NCBI RefSeq assembly: GCF_001194135.2
Contig: NC_068998.1
Coordinates: forward strand, 31,073,937-31,137,936
Origin: Octopus bimaculoides
Lineage: Eukaryota
DNA: 64,000 nucleotides
Reading direction: 5' to 3'
Shown here: positions 1 to 13,369 of the stretch, in pieces
How positions within the stretch are numbered: position 1 is the first letter of the stretch
Layout: each line of letters starts with the position of its first letter
Program-made: the position numbers and the translations under genes
The notes under the pieces: generated by a model
The model's database searches: none
Told to the model about the DNA's origin: nothing
Seen by the model: the letters and a program-made list of their open reading frames with translations, nothing else

Positions 1-555
1 TTTTGTTTCGGCTGAAGAATCAAATGAAGTCATAGATGTTAACAAAGATTCGATGCTGCTTTCGCTGCCTACTGGATTGACCAAAAAGCAATTTGAGAAT
101 TGGTTGTCTGTAGTTGATGGTGCTGTTGTTGCTCCAGAGATCATCACTGAAGAAAAAAACTAGATGAGATTATTCATGACATTCAGCAACCTGAAAAAGA
201 AACCCAACGTTGATGTTGATGAAAGAGTTCTGGAGCCTTCAACACCAGCTGAAATGAGACACTATCTCATTCAATGTTTTGATTTAAGTGACATGAACCT
301 TTTTAGAACTCTTAAGGAAAAAATCAGTGCAGAGTTGCAAACAAAGTGTCCAGCAGAGCAAACAACACTTGACAAATTTTTCATTCAATAACATTGTTTA
401 TAATGTTTTTATTCGTGTATTCACATATGTATATATTTTAATAAATGCGCATGTTTAATCAATCAGCAAATTTTGTTCCCTTGGTTAATAAATCCCTTCT
501 TTAATAAATCTCAAACAGGCGGTCCCATGATAGATTTATAAAGCGGGGTTGACTG
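1..555 (+). mobile_element. 3' remnant of a pogo/Tigger-like DNA transposon
   Basis: ORF 164-391 ends in QTTLDKFF, resembling pogo/Tigger transposase C-termini; sequence ends ...GGGGTTGACTG (TIR-like) at 555. The other end is outside the window. Confidence 0.45.
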
Positions 556-572
556 TGTGTGTGTATATATAT

Positions 573-834
573 AATAAAAAGTTTTGAATGGTACAACAAT
601 GCACTATAATATAAAAAATGGACTATATACCTGTTGTAATTTAGTTATCTATAGTCCGATGGTATTTCGGAATACAATTCCTTCTTCAGATATTCTTAGA
701 TGGAGTCTTAAGAATATCTGAAGAAGGAATTGTATTCTGAAATATCATCGGACTATAGATAACTAAATTACAACAGGTATATAGTCCATTTTTTGTATTA
801 TAGTGCTTTGTTTTACCATTTTAAACTTTTTATT
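573..834. repeat. Fold-back inverted repeat (126-bp arms, 10-nt loop), each arm carrying an HHR motif; PLE terminal-repeat derived
   Basis: Arms 573-698 and 709-834, 7 mismatches counted by eye. The sequence beside the HHR resembles the PLE terminal repeat at 25640-25800. Confidence 0.9.
716..748 (+). ncRNA. Minimal hammerhead ribozyme motif, stem I truncated
   Basis: CTGAAGA 718-724, A, stem II GGAAT/ATTCT, GAAAT 739-743, ATC triplet 744-746; stem I only 2 bp. Confidence 0.55.
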
Positions 835-878
835 CTTTACAAACAATACACAATGCTTCAAGTGAACTACAATACTCT

Positions 879-915
<37 letters not shown>

Positions 916-3216
916 CAAATTTACAGAAAACAAAGGATGAAGACAGGTGTAGGAACAACAAGCAGGTGTATTAGTTTAATGCTCGGGAAGAATGGAAAAG
1001 TCTTTTATGTTTCGACAGAAAGGATTAAGAAGAAAAAAAAAAGGAGAGGGAATGGAAAAAAAAGCACTGAGAGAAAAAATTTTTTTAGGGATTAATGGTT
1101 CAACATGACAAAATAGTCAGAAGGCTGAATGAAAGGGAGATAATGACGGTGACCTGGTCAAATGAATTTATTTTCACATGCGTGTGTGTATGTGAGAATG
1201 GTGTGTATAAGTGAATGGAGATAAGTGTGTGAATATGTATGTGTGGATGAGCTGAAAAATATGTGGGCCTGTGTGTATGTGTGTAAGTGACCCAGTGCAA
1301 ACATTATGCTTGGAAAACATGTTAAATAATGATGTTTCTGATCGCTGGAATCAGTTGTTGAGTGTTAAGGGTCTTGTTCCCAGGTTTCATTGTGTTCAAC
1401 AACATGAATTAGTTGCTGATCTTGTTGGTGATAATAAGTTTTTCTGTTGACTCAGTTCTCTGTGTTTTCTTATCAAGACATTTAACCATTTTTTGTGTCA
1501 AATGAGCAAAAGGTTAAGCACAGTCTTTTGATTACCTCAACTGTAAAATGAGCAAATGATTGCTGAAGTTGATATTGAGGACAATATCAACTTCAGTAAG
1601 ATTTCACTCAAAAATAAGAACTATTAAGCTTGGATATCATAAAATATCTAACTTGGTTATCTGTCTTAAGGATATTTTATGGAAGATGCCAGGTATTTTT
1701 TTTATCAAATACTTATTTTGTATTGAGTTACTATTATTAACTGAAGGGCAACATGTTTGACTAATACTTGGCAGTATGTTCATGTTCTTTTACATTCTAA
1801 GTTCAGATTCCTTTAAGATCAACTTTGCTTTCCATACACTGAGATACTGGAATAAATGCAGTCAGCAGTTTCTCTCTCCTATAAATTTATTACCTTGTGT
1901 CAATATTAGAAAATATAACTGTTTCGACACAGACATGGCAGTGTTGTCAAAAAGTTCCCTTTACACACCTGTGGTTTTGATTTTGGCCCCAGTGTGTGGC
2001 ATTCAACACAAGTTAAATTACAACTTGAAGCTGACCAGTATCTTGTGATTGAAATTTGATACATGAAAACTGTGGAGCCGTGGTGGTGTGGCGTGTGGAC
2101 CTCTACAAGGCCGAAGCTTTCCGCCAACTTCAAGACACCTCCTTCTACTGCCCTCTGACCCCATGCCCAGCTACCAACAGACTGTGTCCTCCACTATCCA
2201 TGACCTCATCTCCTCATCCTCCTGTCTCCCCCACCATTTACTTCCTCCCCAAAATCCACAAACCTAACAACCCTGGCCACCCCATTGTCTCTGCCTGCAA
2301 CTGCCCCACTGAACTCATCTCCAGATATCTTGACTGTGTCCTTGCCCCCTTAGTAGCTTCCCTCCCCTCTCACATCCATGACACCAACCACATGCTTCGT
2401 TTGTTCAACTCTTTCTATCTCCTCCTGGCCCCTCTAAACTTCTCTTCACTCTTGACATCTAGAGCCTTTACACAGTGATCCATCACCATGAGGGGCTGCG
2501 TACACTCCACCATTTCCTTGACCTTTGACCCAAATATTCTCAAGTTTCACTGGTCCCACTCCCGAACTATACTGCCGTTATATTGATGATTGTATCGGTG
2601 TGACCTCACTCTCCCACGAACATCTACTCCTTCCTCTCTTTTGTCAAATCTTTCCATCCTGCCCTCCACTTCTCCTGCACTATCTCTGACACCTCTATCT
2701 CCTTTCTTGACATTTCAGTCAGCATTCATCACTCCACTCTCACCACCTCCATCCACTACAAACACACAGACTCACACTCATACCTCAACTTCTCTTCCTA
2801 CTCTAAACACACCAAGCTTTCCATCCCCTATTCCCAATTTCTCTGCAGTGACAACCATGACTCAGTCTCAACTCATGGCTCACCACTTCATCCTACGTGG
2901 ATATCCTATCACCACTACCCACACCGCCCTTGCCAGAGCACGTTCCGTGGACTGTGCATCTGCTCTCTTCTCCCCAAACCCGCACCGCCATCTCCTGCCT
3001 CCCATTTCCCCTCACCTGCCACCCCACCACACTACCTCTCCAACGCACCATTCTCCGATCCTTCTGGCGACTCCAGTCTGACCCATCCACTTTGCACATC
3101 TTCCCTAACCGACCCCTCCCCTCCTTCAAACGAGCCCACAACCTACAAGATCTCTTGGTCCACAGCTTCTCTTACCCAACTTCCTAACCCGGCTCGTTCC
3201 CCTGCTCCTACCCATG

Positions 3217-3448
3217 CTTATTTGTTTATTGCCCACAAGGGGCTAAACATTAGAGGGGACAAACAAGGACAGACAAAGAGATTAAGTCAATTAAATTGAC
3301 CCCAGTGTGTAACTAGTACTTAATTTATTGACCCCGAAAGGATGAAAGGCAAAGTCTACCTCGGCGGAATTCGAACTCAGAACGTAACGGCAGACGAAAT
3401 ACTGCTAAGCGTTTCGCCCGGCGTGCTAACGTTTCTGCCAGCTTACCA
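3217..3448 (-). mobile_element. tRNA-derived SINE nested in the PLE (core TTTGCCTTTCATCCTTTCGGGGTC, resembling Sauria/Meta-type SINE cores)
   Basis: A/B-box-like head on the minus strand; CCCATG direct repeats at 3211-3216 and 3449-3454 (candidate TSD); same family at 14065, 29182 and 50260. Confidence 0.8.
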
Positions 3449-4772
3449 CCCATGTTGCCGCACTTGCCCATACTTCTCCAACACCACCCTCCTCACTGGC
3501 ACCCATCATTGACCCTATCACATCGACTCCTTCACCTGCACTTCTACTAATATCATCTACCGCATCTCCTGCTNNNNNNNNNNATGAAAGGCAAAGTCTA
3601 CCTCGGCGGAATTCGAACTCAGAACGTAACGGCAGACGAAATACTGCTAAGCGTTTCGCCCGGCGTGCTAACGTTTCTGCCAGCTTACCACCCATGTTGC
3701 CGCACTTGCCCATACTTCTCCAACACCACCCTCCTCACTGGCACCCATCATTGACCCTATCACATCGACTCCTTCACCTGCACTTCTACTAATATCATCT
3801 ACCGCATCTCCTGCTCTCTCTGCCCTTCTCTATACATCGGGCAAATGGAACGCCGCTTAACTAACTGGTTCGTGGAACACCTCCGAGACATCCGACTCGG
3901 CAATGATACCCTGGTTTTGCGCCATTTCTGCTCTACCAATCACTTTTGCAACACCTGTCCATGTTTGGATTGTCCTTGCACAGGGGCCATCCGGACTCTT
4001 GTTTGCGCCATGAACAGGGATTAATCATCTCTCTTCGCTCCTTTGCACCACATGGGCTCAACTCTCCTCCCCTCTTCATCTAACCTCCTCCCCTTGCCTC
4101 TCTTCCCTTCACACCTACTTCCTCCTTCCTACCTACTTCCTCCTTCCTATCTACTTCCTCCTTCCTANNNNNNNNNNNNNNNNNNNNNNNNNNNNNNNNN
4201 NNNNNNNNNNNNNNNNNNNNNNNNNNNNNNNNNNNNNNNNNNNNNNNNNNNNNNNNNNNNNNNNNNNNNNNNNNNNNNNNNNNNNNNNNNNNNNNNNNNN
4301 NNNNNNNNNNNNNNNNNNNNNNNNNNNNNNNNNNNNNNNNNNNNNNNNNNNNNNNNNNNNNNNNNNNNNNNNNNNNNNNNNNNNNNNNNNNNNNNNNNNN
4401 NNNNNNNNNNNNNNNNNCCCACTCTTGCCTCCCCCACCTCTGACACCATCACATCACACCACACCACACATCACTACACCACCATACCACACAACACATC
4501 ACATCACAGCATACCGCCATGCACATACCAGCAGTGACCACTTCCCAACCCCACATTTCACACCTACACATACACACACATGTCAAGATAACCAGCCCGC
4601 TTCCACACACACATACAAACCCTCTTATACACATGCACGCGCACCTTTATTTTGGGATCACCACTACTTTATTATCTCCCCTTCTCCCTAGTGTTCCTGT
4701 GTGACCCTTCTGTCCGGCATTCGCCATGATAGATCGCTAGCCACTACACATTCTTTATTTTCTCTCCTTGTT

Positions 4773-4810
4773 TCTTTCTGTGGAAGAGCATAGGCTCGAA
4801 ACGTTAAAGA
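4773..4810 (+). ncRNA. Minimal type-I hammerhead ribozyme motif with one core substitution
   Basis: Stem I TCTTT/AAAGA; core CTGTGGA (A6 to T); A; stem II GAGC-ATAG-GCTC; GAAAC-GTT with ACGT palindrome; located at the PLE 3' end. Confidence 0.75.
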
Positions 4811-4897
4811 CTTTTTCACTTCCCGAGCATTATACTAATACATCTGTTGTCTACACCACCTGTCTTCATCTTTTGTTTTTTTTGTGAATTCTCCCTG

Positions 4898-4940
<43 letters not shown>

Positions 4941-5223
4941 CCAGTGTCTTTATAATGGCACTGCTTGAGCAGTGATGTTTGTTTATTTCACCTATGAAAA
5001 GTTTGTTAGTTGTTCAGCATGTGAAGAACAGTGAAATAAAATAAAAGTTGGCAACAGGAAAGGACTCTGACCTTAGAATACTTCAAGTAGTCTTAGACAT
5101 ACCATACCAGCATAGAAAATGTGAATATAAAACTTATGCCACTGCTGCTGCCACTGCTATCTTCCTTCCTTCCTTCCTTTAATACAGTAACTTGTAATGT
5201 GAATGTATTTTCTCTTGTGACAG

Positions 5224-5316
5224 GAAGCTGCTTTGAACTACCTCAGCAGTTGCATCGACCAAGTGAACACTTTTGGGGATATTCTCCAACTTGTTATTGT
5301 TGAGCTTATCTACAAG
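5224..5316 (+). CDS. COPB1: Coatomer subunit beta, internal exon ([31 protein letters not shown])
   Basis: CAG acceptor ending 5223, GTAAGT donor at 5317; 93 nt; matches human beta-[34 protein letters not shown] as recalled. Confidence 0.97.
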
Positions 5317-6185
5317 GTAAGTATGTAAGGGCTGGCTTGTTCCATGCTAAAATGAAGAAACACACATTAAAGTAATAATGACAATGATAATACCTAAACA
5401 TTATGGCCTTATCAGACCAGTCACAGTCTACTTGGAGATGATAGTAACTCCTCTGCTAGCCTTTTCTTTCCAGTTCATGCATGTTGATAGAAGCCACTCC
5501 TGCTGATAAAATAGGAAATGTTGAGAGGAACACTAACCCCACATACCCACACCTACGATAAATGACTTCTGTTAATGTAGGGAGGTGTACAAAGGAACTG
5601 TTATGCCTAAATTAATGTGGGAGCCTCTATATGACTGCTTGATCTAGAAATAGCTGTTGAATCTTCAAATCATACTCACTACTTAGAAAAGTGATGATTA
5701 CATATAATATAGATACTTCTAAAATCATGGATGGTCATGGCTGGAATGCATTTCATAATATGCTTAAAGTTAATATGCAGTTAAACAACATATGTTAATA
5801 GATTATAGTCTAGTTACATTGAGGAGCTATAGAGAGGAACACTGGACCTACCATATCTAAAACTACCACATCTCTACCTCTCACAAGTGTACCTACTGAT
5901 AAATGAATATCCTCCTGCTAAGGTAGGGGATGTTGAGTGGGAGATGCACTTAAGCTGTGGCATGTACTGATGTGACATTTACGTCATAGATATCAACCAA
6001 CTAATAATGATGTATTAATTTTTCTAAGTGCACATATGCTTATATATAAATTTGGACACTATTTTAAGAGGCAAACTGTTATATCAATGAAAGGTATTTT
6101 TCATGAAAGGTTTTGTCATATATAGCTTAAATAGTACATAATACTATTAATTACTGAACATTTGTTTGTTCTTAATTTTCAATAG

Positions 6186-6323
6186 GTATGCCATGCCAAT
6201 CCTTCAGAACGGGCCCGTTTCATACGCTGTATCTATAACTTATTGAACTCATCAAGCCCTGCAGTGCGTTATGAAGCAGCTGGAACTCTTGTGACACTAT
6301 CAAGTGCCCCTACTGCAGTCAAG
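6186..6323 (+). CDS. COPB1: Coatomer subunit beta, internal exon ([46 protein letters not shown])
   Basis: TAG acceptor, GTGAGA donor at 6324; 138 nt; phase-0 continuation; near-identical to beta-COP. Confidence 0.97.
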
Positions 6324-6550
6324 GTGAGACCATTGACCTTTTCAAGGATATCTTAACTTTTTAATCAGGTTTCTTAGTTGCATTTGGGCGAAGATTCTTG
6401 TTTTCTTTGAATATAGTTAACATTAAAATATATATTTTCTATACTACCATGTGCGTTAGCATATGTACAACACAAGTTTTGATAGAAAATGAATAAGATA
6501 ACACATTTAATGTCGGTAAATTTGAAGAGAAGTAGCAAAATATAGTTTAA

Positions 6551-9262
6551 CCCTTTCGTTACTATATTTCTGACCAAAATACACCCCTCGTGAGTTTCAA
6601 TTAAATTCTAAAATAATCGTGAATTTAGACTAGTCTCATTAAACACCTGTAACTTTTTTATTTATCAACATATTAATGTGATATTTGGAACATAATTGAA
6701 GAAAGGGATCTTAATCAATTCTATTGCATAATTTTTGTCTCAAAGTGACTCTAATTACAGGTAAATCCAGGTAAACTGAGCAAAATGTAAAAATATTAAA
6801 ATTTTGTTTAAACATTACCATAGAAAATGTGTCATCAGCTCATATTTAATTGGGTATGCAACAAAATTTTGATATAGAAGACTTGTGCACATCACTAGGT
6901 TATCAATTGAATTTAATGNNNNNNNNNNNNNNNNNNNNNNNNNNNNNNNNNNNNNNNNNNNNNNNNNNNNNNNNNNNNNNNNNNNNNNNNNNNNNNNNNN
7001 NNNNNNNNNNNNNNNNNNNNNNNNNNNNNNNNNNNNNNNNNNNNNNNNNNNNNNNNNNNNNNNNNNNNNNNNNNNNNNNNNNNNNNNNNNNNNNNNNNNN
7101 NNNNNNNNNNNNNNNNNNNNNNNNNNNNNNNNNNNNNNNNNNNNNNNNNNNNNNNNNNNNTTATTATATATATATATATATATACAAAAAATATTTACAC
7201 AATATTTCTATCATGGAAAGTTGTAAAACATCCCACTCTACATACTGCAACCTTGCATAATGCACATTGGAAAGATGTTTCAACTGGCCGTCCACTGGGA
7301 GTTTTTCTTTGTTGATGTAGACATTCATGGCACTGCCTTTTGCAACCCCTGATTTTTTCTAATTTATGTAGATCAGCTGAACTCAGAGGGATATCTCTCT
7401 GGCAGGCTTTGCTTTTCCTTCCTGCCGTTATTTTTTTGGAGGAATAACCTGCCCTCAACTGTGATGCAACATCTGCTCGGAACTGCAGATGATCACACCG
7501 CTTGCGAACCCCTCCTGATTTGGTATATGATATGAATGCATTTACAATGCTCATGTTTACAATATACCAAACCAGGTATCGCCACCATTTATTACCTGGT
7601 CTACCAACCGGATAATAACTCATCATCTGGTTCAGCTGATCAGCACCACCCATGTACCTGTAATAATCAAGTTTCACATATGGGGTGCCATTTTCATTTA
7701 CACATGGTTGTGCACTGGTGGATAGAAAATTTATCTGCCTCTTATCTCGGTATGTGGTTGCTAGCAGATTTCCTCTCTGCCGTTGGATTATTTCACCTCT
7801 TTTATTAAATTTTGCTTTTTTTATATTTAATGGCAGCCCTTTTCTACTAGCCATTACTGTAGCACATGTATATGTTTCTACAGCTTCTAAATCCACCGCA
7901 AGTTTGGCTGAACTAAAATATCAGTCAAAAAATACTATACGGCCCTGGTTATGGTATGGACGTGATAAATTCCAGACCACATCGTACCCTAGGCCATGCT
8001 GACTAACATTATTGTCTCTTTTCACTGCATAAAAGCTAAATCCACAGCAGTACCTAGTATTTGCTTCACAAATTTTCCAAACTTTGATCCCCCATTTTGT
8101 GGCCTTTCCTGGCATATACTATCGGAAGTGTACTCTTCCTTTATACCCCACCATGCCCTCATCGACGGATAAGTATCTCTCAGGCTTGTAAAATGTTTTA
8201 TATGCATTTTGAACGCAGTCGATGAGGGGTCTTATTTTAGATAAGGGATCAAAGCTTGGTTCTCCACGTACTGGGGTACTGCTAGTGTCTCTCACATGTA
8301 AATATTGATTCAGCTTCACAAATCGTACTCTCGTCATAATACTGGAAACATACTGATCACCAAAAGGTTCCTGATTGNNNNNNNNNNNNNNNNNNNNNNN
8401 NNNNNNNNNNNNNNNNNNNNNNNNNNNNNNNNNNNNNNNNNNNNNNNNNNNNNNNNNNNNNNNNNNNNNNNNNNNNNNNNNNNNNNNNNNNNNNNNNNNN
8501 NNNNNNNNNNNNNNNNNNNNNNNNNNNNNNNNNNNNNNNNNNNNNNNNNNNNNNNNNNNNNNNNNNNNNNNNNNNNNNNNNNNNNNNNNNNNNNNNNNNN
8601 NNNNNNNNNNNNNNNNNNNNNNNNNNNNNNNNNNNNNNNNNNNNNNNNNNNNNNNNNNNNNNNNNNNNNNNNNNNNNNNNNNNNNNNNNNNNNNNNNNNN
8701 NNNNNNNNNNNNNNNNNNNNNNNNNNNNNNNNNNNNNNNNNNNNNNNNNNNNNNNNNNNNNNNNNNNNNNNNNNNNNNNNNNNNNNNNNNNNNNNNNNNN
8801 NNNNNNNNNNNNNNNNNNNNNNNNNNNNNNNNNNNNNNNNNNNNNNNNNNNNNNNNNNNNNNNNNNNNNNNNNNNNNNNNNNNNTTTCGTTCACCACGTA
8901 CTTTTGTAGCTCATTCATTCTTTTCTTCGATATCTCCATATCTTTGGTTGAAAAACCTTCAAATTCAGAATCACTGCTTGATAGCATGAAACTCCTCTCC
9001 ATCTTCAAAGTTGAAAAAAATTAACGCTGCAGAAAATGTGGAAAAAAATCTTCCAAAATTCACCGAGTTCAAATATCACGCCAAACAATGTCGGATACAA
9101 TAACTTAACTGTTTGCAAAGTGAAATCAGGTGTTTTAACGAATGTACTAACGAGATTTGGGTCCAAATATACATTTAAATAACAATGGGTACTCTCGGCC
9201 GGCTTGGTCTTATGAACCAAAAAACTTTTTGGCCAGCTACAGCCGGCTTAGTAACGAAAGGG
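6551..9262 (-). mobile_element. Full-length young piggyBac transposon (internal N gaps)
   Basis: TTAA at 6547-6550 and 9263-9266; 14-bp TIR CCCTTTCGTTACTA; transposase on the minus strand. Confidence 0.95.
7195..9008 (-). pseudogene. piggyBac DDD transposase with two nonsense codons
   Basis: SVDEGM, FFD*YFSS and YMGGADQ motifs plus the C-terminal Cys-rich domain CHEC...CALCKVAVCRVGCF. ORFs 8119-8337, 7921-8115 and 7195-7896 share one frame, split by TAG (HFR*YMP) and TGA (FFD*YFS). Confidence 0.92.
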
Positions 9263-11033
9263 TTAATCAAATATCTATAACTGATTTCAGTGACTTTTAC
9301 CTTGGTGGTCGAATTTTCTAAATTATCTAGTTCTTGGTTAGATAGTTCTTGGTCCTGAATAGAAAGAATTGACTAGTGTACTAAAAGTCTTACTAGGATC
9401 ACAAGTGATGCATAAAGCATGAAAACATAAATGTTGTGTGAATCTGTCACATATTACTGATTGCAAAAGACTGCTTATAAATTTTCTGAGCAGTGTGAAC
9501 ATAGATTCAGTCTTATAAATTTGGTCAAAAACATATCAAGGAATAGACTTGAGATGTCTCACTTCAGTAATCTGATGAGTATTAAGAGCTACTTTCTTGT
9601 GGATCTGATTCAACAGAAACAAGGAACCTTACATAAATGCAACTTTGAAACCTGACGGGAAATACATTTAAACAGAATGTACAGTTAGCAATAAAGGCAT
9701 GTAATGTCAAAACTTATTTTCCTTTGTACTAAATTTTATAGTAAAATCTATACACTATATGAACCATAATTCATTAGTAGGTAATGTTCTATTTGTCTCT
9801 GTTTCAATCACTGTTGACTTCTAATTGTTATCTAATATATAAAATAGGCCTCTGTGTGTGTGTGTGTGTATTCACTTTTCATGCAAAAACGGCTGTGCGA
9901 TTTGGTTCCATACTTGGGATGCATGAATAATTTGACCTTGGATACATGATAGGGTCTTCATTTTATTTTTTTATTAAAAATAAGTAATTTGCTTTATATA
10001 TATGATTCACTTCTTTAAAATGGTTTTTCAATTTCAACTTGCATTACTGACATAGCAACTGGAGCTACCTAGATAAACATGTTTGTCTGATGTTGCAACT
10101 GTGGCTAGCTACATGTATACATGTTGATGAATATTGACATTTTCACAGCTTCTATTTCATTTCAGTTGCGTTGATTTTTGGTTCCTAGAGAAAATACTTG
10201 CATGTCACAGCTTCCCATATATTTTTATTCTTCACGTTCCTCATAGAAACACTCTTCTAAGGATTTCTGTTGTCTTTCTTCTAAGGATTACTGTTACTAA
10301 GGATTTCTGTTGTCTTTCTGCTAAGAATTTCTGTTACTATCACTTTCTCTCTCTATACATATATATCTATATCTGCCTGTCGGTCGGTCTTTACAGCTGG
10401 ATGCCCTTCCTAACACCAACCACNNNNNNNNNNNNNNNNNNNNNNNNNNNNNNNNNNNNNNNNNNNNNNNNNNNNNNNNNNNNNNNNNNNNNNNNNNNNN
10501 NNNNNNNNNNNNNNNNNNNNNNNNNNNNNNNNNNNNNNNNNNNNNNNNNNNNNNNNNNNNNNNNNNNNNNNNNNNNNNNNNNNNNNNNNNNNNNNNNNNN
10601 NNNNNNNNNNNNNNNNNNNNNNNNNNNNNNNNNNNNNNNNNNNNNNNNNNNNNNNNNNNNNNNNNNNNNNNNNNNNNNNNNNNNNNNNNNNTTTACAGTG
10701 TGGGCTGGATGCTTTTAAGTGGCACCTGCACTGACAGGGTCACCAAGTACTTGCCAAATATTAAAAAAAAAACTTCTAAGAGGGGAAGAGGCATTGGAAG
10801 AGGTGATGATGAAAAGTTTATAGTGAGACAGATGCAGGTGTCTTGTTGTATAGGAAGTACAAGGTTACCCAGCCAAAAAGAGAGAGAAAGATCCGGAATG
10901 GAAACAGAAACAGGTGTGCTACCACAAAGAAAATACACAGGTGCCCAACCCGAGGGAAGTGTGGGAGACAGCAGGATAGAGATGGTGGCAAAATGCTGGG
11001 CATACTCACAAGGAACGGTGATTAGAATATAAA

Positions 11034-11460
11034 TCAGATGGTTGAGTAAAGGAAGAGAGCGATATAGATGGTAACAAGTCCCAGAGCATACCCTTGAGGT
11101 TCAAATGCCTTACTATAAGTGGCTGGATATTGTGAAGGGAGTGCGATTAAAGAGTGCAAGTAAGTGGTGAAAGACCTGAGTATATATAAAGTTGGAAGGG
11201 CTACCGGATAGCAATGATGCAGAGGAATAGGGGTGTGAGAAGAGATGTAGATTGGTTTGTTCGGGTAGGGTGATGGAAAAGTTTTCTTGTTCCAAGTGGG
11301 TGGAACACCTAGGTCAGGGGCTAGCAGATAGCAATAATACAGTGAGTGAGATGGGGCATGTGGATAAAACGCACAGGTCAGGGGCAAGTGGAGAGCAATG
11401 ATACAGTGGCACCAGGCCAAGAGAACAGGATTGGGGAGCGGGAGGTAATTATAGTACATT
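11034..11460 (-). mobile_element. Decayed PLE remnant
   Basis: Purine-rich segment whose minus strand loosely resembles the post-RT region of the 2030-4860 element; no intact motif. Confidence 0.35.
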
Positions 11461-11529
11461 AAGCAGAAATGTGAAGAAGAGAAGTGATGTAGAGACGTAG
11501 TTTGGTTTGTTGTGGTAGTGTGGGTGGGA

Positions 11530-12770
11530 CGCAGTGCTTCTAAAACTCAGTTCCGCTGATGTGGGTGGATTTTCTCAAAAATTTCATATCACTAGGCATC
11601 TTGGTCCATTGTCATTTCCTCTGAGACCCAGCTTCTTGAGATTGGTCCTTACCACTTCATCCGATGTCTTCCTGGGTCTCCTTCCATGGGTACCATCCAC
11701 TTTCAGTGATTGGCACTTCTTTATGCAGCTGTCCTCATTCATATACATCATTTGTCTAAACCAATGTAGTCTTCTCTCTTGCATGCTACATTGGATTCCT
11801 CTTATGCTCAACTTTTCTCTCAGTACATTTGCACATGTCTTCATGTGCACTGATGTTGCACATCCATTGGAGCATACTACTTTCGTTTCTCTCCAGTCTA
11901 CACATGTCTTCTTCATTCAGAGCCCATGTCTTGTTACCATAGAGTATAGCTGTTCGTACATAAGCATCATTTAATCTACCTTTCATTCTTGTGAGAGAGA
12001 GAGTCCTTTTATTGTCAACAGTGATAATAGTTCTCTGAACTTCCTCCACCCAATTCTTATTCTAGAAACAATACTTTCTAATACATTGCTAATTTGGTCA
12101 CCTAGGTAACAGAAACAATCTATAACTTCAAGAGAGCCTCCTGGGCATTTGAGAGAATTTAATTCCCATATGCTCTTAATGCTTATTGTTCCTGCACATC
12201 TGCCACATACAAAGACTACTTTATCAGTTAACCTATTCATGATACCACTGCACCTCTTATGTGTCTATACTTTACACTGGGTGCAGTGAGTGAAATTTCT
12301 TCCAACTCCTTTCCTACATATGGAGCAGGGCCATTTACCTGATGGAAAGAAAGTTTTATCTTCTTTCTTACTAACAACAACTTTGGTCTTTGCTAGGTTA
12401 ACTTTAAAGCCCTTTGATTCCAGGTTTTGTTTCCATACCTGGAATTTCTTCTCCAATTCTGCTAAAGATTCTGCAATGAGAGCAAGGTCATCATCAGTGT
12501 TTAGAAGTTCCCACAGGTACCCAGTTTTGAATTCTGTTGTGGCCTGGAGGACTATAGTGAATAAGAGTGGGCTGAGAACTGAGCCCTGGTGGACCTCTGC
12601 CTGAACATTAAATTCATCACTGTATTCATGGCCAACTCTCACCTTAGTGACAGCACCACTGTACATGGCTTGGACAGCTCTAACAAGTCACTCCTCTACT
12701 CCTAACTTCTTTAGAGACCACCATATAACAAAGCGGGGAACTCTGTTGAAAGGTTTCTCCAGCTCAACGA
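11530..12770 (-). mobile_element. Decayed RTE-clade LINE (RT C-terminus to ORF end)
   Basis: VHQGSVLSPLLF, ..DDDLALIAES, zinc-finger-like CSICRKGVGRN and RRLHWF fragments homologous to the 34554-38128 copy. Confidence 0.85.
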
Positions 12771-12777
12771 AGGTTAA

Positions 12778-12950
12778 CCCTTTCGATACTAACCTGGCCG
12801 TAGCCAGCTGAAAAACCTTTTGGTTCATAAGACCAACCCAGCCATAGCTGGCTGAGAGTACCATTGTTATTTAAATGTGAATTTAAGCACAAATCTCGTT
12901 AGTACATTTGTGAAAATATGTGATTTCACTTTGTAAATAGTTGAGTTATA
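12778..12950 (+). mobile_element. Solo 5' terminus of the young piggyBac family
   Basis: TTAA + CCCTTTCGATACTAACC; aligns with 24432-24610 and with the reverse complement of 9090-9262. Confidence 0.85.
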
Positions 12951-13369
12951 GGAGAAGGAATTAAACCTTTTCCTTAGATTAGAAAGTTCATTATCATCTT
13001 CAAAACGAATTTATAAACAAGTTTCAATTTGTACAGTACTAAGGGACACATGCACTGTCTGGCAAGTCTGTTGTATAGGATGTTAAAAGTTTTTTGGGGA
13101 TTTAAACCTGATGGTATGAAAAAATTTATACATACATGTATGTATATATTTATGACAAGTTAGTGTAGGTATGAACAAGGAGTGGTGGGAAAGGCTCCTG
13201 AACAACAGCTGAACTTTAAAGTAAGATTAGTCAATAGGGTAGGTTATATGAAGATATGGGGTGTAGCAAAATTTGTTGTTGTGATGTAATTGTTTGTGTG
13301 GAGAACATGTGAGTAGATGAAAGGTAAGTAAAGTGAGATAGAAAAGCCACTCCATGTCATTCACTCTTT

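Larger units (their letters stand above)
2030..4860 (+). mobile_element. Degenerate Penelope-like retroelement (RT + GIY-YIG + 3' terminal repeat with HHR)
   Basis: RT motif YFLPKIHKPNNPGHPIVSACNCPTELISRYLD (ORF 2056-2478); GIY-YIG NIIYRISCSLCPSLYIGQMERRL..WFVEHLRDIR at about 3790-3900; frameshifted; HHR at 4773-4810. Confidence 0.88.

Noticed and set aside
1320-2020. Possible additional PLE RT remnant
   Set aside because: No recognisable RT motif could be recovered in any frame.
3342-3815. 232-bp tandem duplication (3342-3573 repeated at 3584-3815)
   Set aside because: Identical copies on either side of a 10-N gap: unmerged contig overlap.
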